From Raja brachyura (lineage: Eukaryota): 64,000 nucleotides of DNA. Position numbers and translations under genes: made by a program. Positions within the stretch are counted from its first letter, which is position 1, and the number at the start of each line of letters is the position of its first letter. The notes under the pieces are model-generated. The model saw only the letters and a program-made list of their open reading frames with translations. It did no database searches and was not told the DNA's origin. Shown here one piece after another: positions 60,161 to 64,000 of this stretch. The DNA lies in NCBI GenBank assembly GCA_963514005.1, contig OY740781.1, positions 99,386,001 to 99,450,000 of the forward strand. Direction: 5' to 3'.

Positions 60161-60559
60161 TATATGAATTTGAAAGCATTGCATCAAAATTATTTCAGCA
60201 ATATTTCAGAAAGGAATGATGAATAGTTTAGTTTAGTTTAGTTTTGTGTTGTTTTGTTAGTTTAGTTTAGAGATACAGCATGGAAACAGGTCCTTTGGCC
60301 CATTTAGCCCACGCCGACCATCAACTAACCATTCGTGCTTGTTCCATATTGCTTAATTTCCTCATCCACTCCCTACACATTAGGAGCAATTTTGCAGAGG
60401 TCAATTAACCTACAAACCCGCATATCTTTGGGATGTGGCAGGAAACCAGAGCTCCGGAGGAAACACAGGGGGAACTTGCAAATTTAAGCAAATGTTTATC
60501 GAGCAAAACTATTCTTGAACGCTAATGGGAACGTTCCCTTTATTAATTTTTTTAAATTT

Positions 60560-61235
60560 TTGTCTTCGTGTTTGTTTTTAGTGATTATTTTGGTTTATTA
60601 GGCTGTGTATGTGTGTGGAAGGGGGGGAGAAACAGGGTTTTAGTCTCTCCCTTCGGGGGGATGCGACTCTTCTTGTCATGTCCTAGTCTCCGTCTGTGCT
60701 GAGGCCCTAATGGCGGAGCTGGCGGCCTTCCAGCTTCCAGCAGCGGTGACGTGGCTTTCGGAGCTGCGGTGCTCCAGTGGCGTTCCGGCGGCCTGGCTTT
60801 CGGGGCTGTGGTGTTCCAGTGGCGACCTGGCTTTCGGGGCTGCGGTGCTCCAGCGGCGTTCCAGTGGCGACCTGGCTTTGGAGCTGCGGTGCTCCAGCGT
60901 TCCAGCGGCGGGCCCTGTGGCGGTGTTCCGGCATTCCAGCGACGGCGGTGGCGGCGGCCCGGTTTCGGAGGCTCGGCCGCGGGCTTGGTGGATGCAAAAT
61001 CGGAGGCCTGGATCACCTCAGCGCAGAAGGAGAACAAGGAGGGAAAAAGACAGAGACTCTTAAGACTTTTGCCTTCCACAACAGTGAGGAGGTGTTTGGT
61101 GAACTCACTGTGGTGGATGTTAAATTTGTGTTTATTGTGTGGTTTTGTTATTTTTAATATATATATATGACTGCAGGCATGAAATTTCGTTCAGACCGAA
61201 AGGTCTGAATGACAATAAAGGTAATTCAATTCAGA
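60560..61235 (+). mobile_element. GC-rich retroposon with internal tandem repeats of about 35-45 bp
   Basis: Homologous to 20864-21726 at both ends. Repeated tggctttcggrgctgcggtgctccag at 60752-60900. tccacaacagtgag/ctcactgtggtgga stem. Confidence 0.7.
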
Positions 61236-62214
61236 TGAAACATGGCCGTAAATGCAGTCAGAAGCAAAATAAGAAGATAAACAAGTCTTGTACGTCTTAA
61301 AAAGGTTTGTGTCATTTGGAGTATTTAAAAATATGGTTTGTGCACCAGAATAGATGCATGACTGCAGATGACAAATACAAAAGTACACCAGAGACACAAG
61401 GATTGCAGATGGTGGAAACTGCAGCAAAAAATAAACTGCTGGAAGAAGTCAAACACTGAAATCTTGAGGGTCTGAAGAAAGTTCCTGATCTGAAACATCA
61501 ACTGTCCATTCCCTCCATAGATGCTGTATGGCACCTCTGAGTTTCAATAGCCAATAGACAATAAAGAATAGGTGCAGGAGTAGGCCATTCGGCCCTTTGA
61601 GCCAACACCGCCATTCAATGCGATCATGGCTGATCATCCCCAATCAGTACCACGTTCCTGCCTTCTCCCCATGTTTCTTCAACAGTTTTTTTATTGTTTT
61701 GCTGGAAGGACTCAGCAGGTCAAGCAGCTCCCATGGAGACAAAAGGATTGCCAACACTTTGCCTCGAGATCCTACATCACGATTGAAAGCAAAAAATGCC
61801 TGTACTATACCAGGGTGAATGTAATCAGAGAAGGAGGAAATCCATAACGTATGCCTAGATATTAAATGAGCATAAAATAGTAAGTATACTAAAATAATTA
61901 TTTTCGACAAGTATTCATTAAAGAGATAAGAGTTGTGTTCGCTAACATTCAAGTAGAATTAGTGAACATCAGACAGACAGAAATGCTTCTAAACAATAAA
62001 TTCACAAGGATGAAGGTTATTCATCGCTTAAAATAAAAGACCAAGGGAAGAGGTTTATGAGGAACCGGTAGTCATTATTAAGGGACCAATAAGTCGCTGA
62101 GAGATCGTGGCATTTTACAAATATACAAAAGTAGCACTATCTTCAAAACAAAAAGACAACAGAACAGATCCAGGCAACACAAAACTATCACACAAGTAAA
62201 ATTATGAAATTGGC

Positions 62215-62312
62215 TGTAGACACAAAATGCTGGAGTAACTCAACGGGTCAGGCAGCATCTCTGGAGAAAATGAATGGGTGACGTTTCGGGTCGAGGCCCT
62301 TCTTCAGACTGA
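62215..62312 (-). mobile_element. PLE-derived repeat with a near-intact hammerhead core
   Basis: The reverse complement reads tcagt-ctgaaga-a-gggcc-tc-gaccc-gaaac-gtc. Confidence 0.75.
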
Positions 62313-62459
62313 TCATTTGTAATTGGTTGTCAGGTATAAACTTAATGGCACTGACCTACAAAACAAGCAGCAAGCTGAGGTCAGAAATGGAGCTCATTGC
62401 AAGACTAACCTCTGATTATTGAGATGCCAATCCAAAAGGCAGCAATAAAGGTTTTCTTT

Positions 62460-63045
62460 ATTATTCTTTCAAGGGATGCAGGTTTTGCAGGCTCAGCAAG
62501 CGGTTAATTGCCATCACTGGTTGCCCTTGAGTAGGCTGTGGCGAGCTGCCTTCTTCAACTGCTGCAGTTCTTGAGGTGTGGGTATACCCCAAATGCCTTT
62601 GGGGGAGGGGTTTGGGTTCCAGGATTTTGCCCCAAAGATGATGCAGGATCGGATATGTATGTCCAAGTCCAGACAGTGCATGGTTTGGACGACAACATCC
62701 AGATGGTAGTTTTTTCACACTTTTGGTGCCCTGGCCCTTCCAGCTGGTGGAGGACACATGTTTGAAAGGTTCTGCTAAGGGAATCTAGGTGAGTTGTCGT
62801 AGTGCATCCTATAGATGGTGCATACAGCTGCCTCTGTGTGTCTGTGGTGGTGAGTGAATGGGTGTGGATGAGGTGCTCATCAAGCGGATGGGTATGTCGT
62901 GTATGACGTTGAGACTCTTGACTATTGTTGAAGCTGCACTGATCCAGGCAAGTAGAGAAATATCCACCACACTCCTAATCTCAGCCTTGTACACAGCGCA
63001 AAGGCTTTGGGGAGTAAGAAAGTGAGTAATTCTCTCCAGAATATG
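62460..63045 (-). mobile_element. Old CR1-group LINE 3' fragment
   Basis: Peptide HFLTPQSLCAVYKAEIRSVVD; same family as 21780-23345. Confidence 0.7.
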
Positions 63046-64000
63046 ATGCACATAATTTTTGAAAAGTGCACAAAAAACTGCAACTTAAGCAGAGCTTAAA
63101 CAAGTCTTCAAATCAATAAGGCTGCAGTGGTTAGTAATGGATTGATTTTAGCCCGAGGAGAAATTAAGGGTGGAGCTTCCTGGTGGAACACACACTCGGA
63201 TATCATTTTGAAGTTGTGCAAAGAGCAAATTGGCCAATAACAAATGATTACCATATACAGTATATTCATCACATGATTTTTATTTACATTTAAGACCATG
63301 TATAGAGGTGATGCCTGTTTGCTATCGCTCATTCGCAATTAATACTTAAGGATTAAGAGCTTATTGCAAGATTTGCAGGTAATATTCCTCTTTCATTTCA
63401 TCATTTATCTTCCAAGTAAATGCTTACATCAAACTACGAACAGTACTTGAATCTTAGGAAAGCGTTCAGGAAGTATAAAATGATTTCGAAAATTTGGGCT
63501 AGATTTTCCAGTGACTTTTCCATCAGTACTACACGACGAGGAAGGAATAATATGTATGTGCACTGTACCTGAGCAATGCCGAGTACCAGCACTGAACACT
63601 GATATAATTCAATTATTCTTTTCCTCTTATTTTAATATGCAGTCTCACAACCTAATGAAAATACAAGCCTATTATTGTCTAGGGATGTTAAAAGCATTTT
63701 CATGATTTCCACATTTATGCTTCTATTCCCTCTATACTTGTCTCCTGGCTGGCATCCTCTGTTCAATTAATCGCGCAGATGAGGTGATGATCCAAGACTC
63801 TACTGCCCACATGCTAATTTACACTAAACCCAGATTGTTCATCAATCCTCCTTCACTGACCAAACATGGACTTCCAGTTAAACAATGTTTCAGTTTGAAA
63901 ATGTCTGTCCTGACTCTCAGATCTATCCACGATCTCAAGCTTATATATCTCCACAACATTCCCCGGCCCTGGAAGATTCAGCTCCATTCTAGCTTATTGA

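Noticed and set aside
60585-61170. Tandem repeats as a CRISPR array, and long ORFs as genes
   Set aside because: Degenerate head-to-tail units without unique spacers and no cas genes. The ORFs are open in many frames because of high GC.

Overview
This is eukaryotic, repeat-dense DNA with no confidently identifiable host gene. The repeat set (HE1-like V-SINEs, CR1 LINEs, Penelope-derived short repeats) suggests a cartilaginous fish, probably a skate or ray; this is an inference. The main feature is a structurally complete DIRS1-type tyrosine-recombinase retrotransposon at 12268-17617. It has split ITRs, an ICR, an open RT-RNaseH-methyltransferase ORF, and gag and YR ORFs each broken by one stop codon. 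Its splice signals could fuse the pol leader in frame to the recombinase. The 5' end of a related DIRS copy lies on the minus strand at 1-1457, inserted into a Tc1 TIR. The rest comprises many CR1, Rex1/Babar and V-SINE fragments, about 11 Penelope-derived repeats carrying a minimal hammerhead-ribozyme motif, four non-autonomous Helitrons, two solo LTRs with TSDs, an internally deleted LTR element, a Harbinger MITE, a young AT-rich Crack/L2-group LINE and GC-rich retroposons. Coordinates of degraded repeats are approximate, and family assignments come from motif recognition, not database searches.
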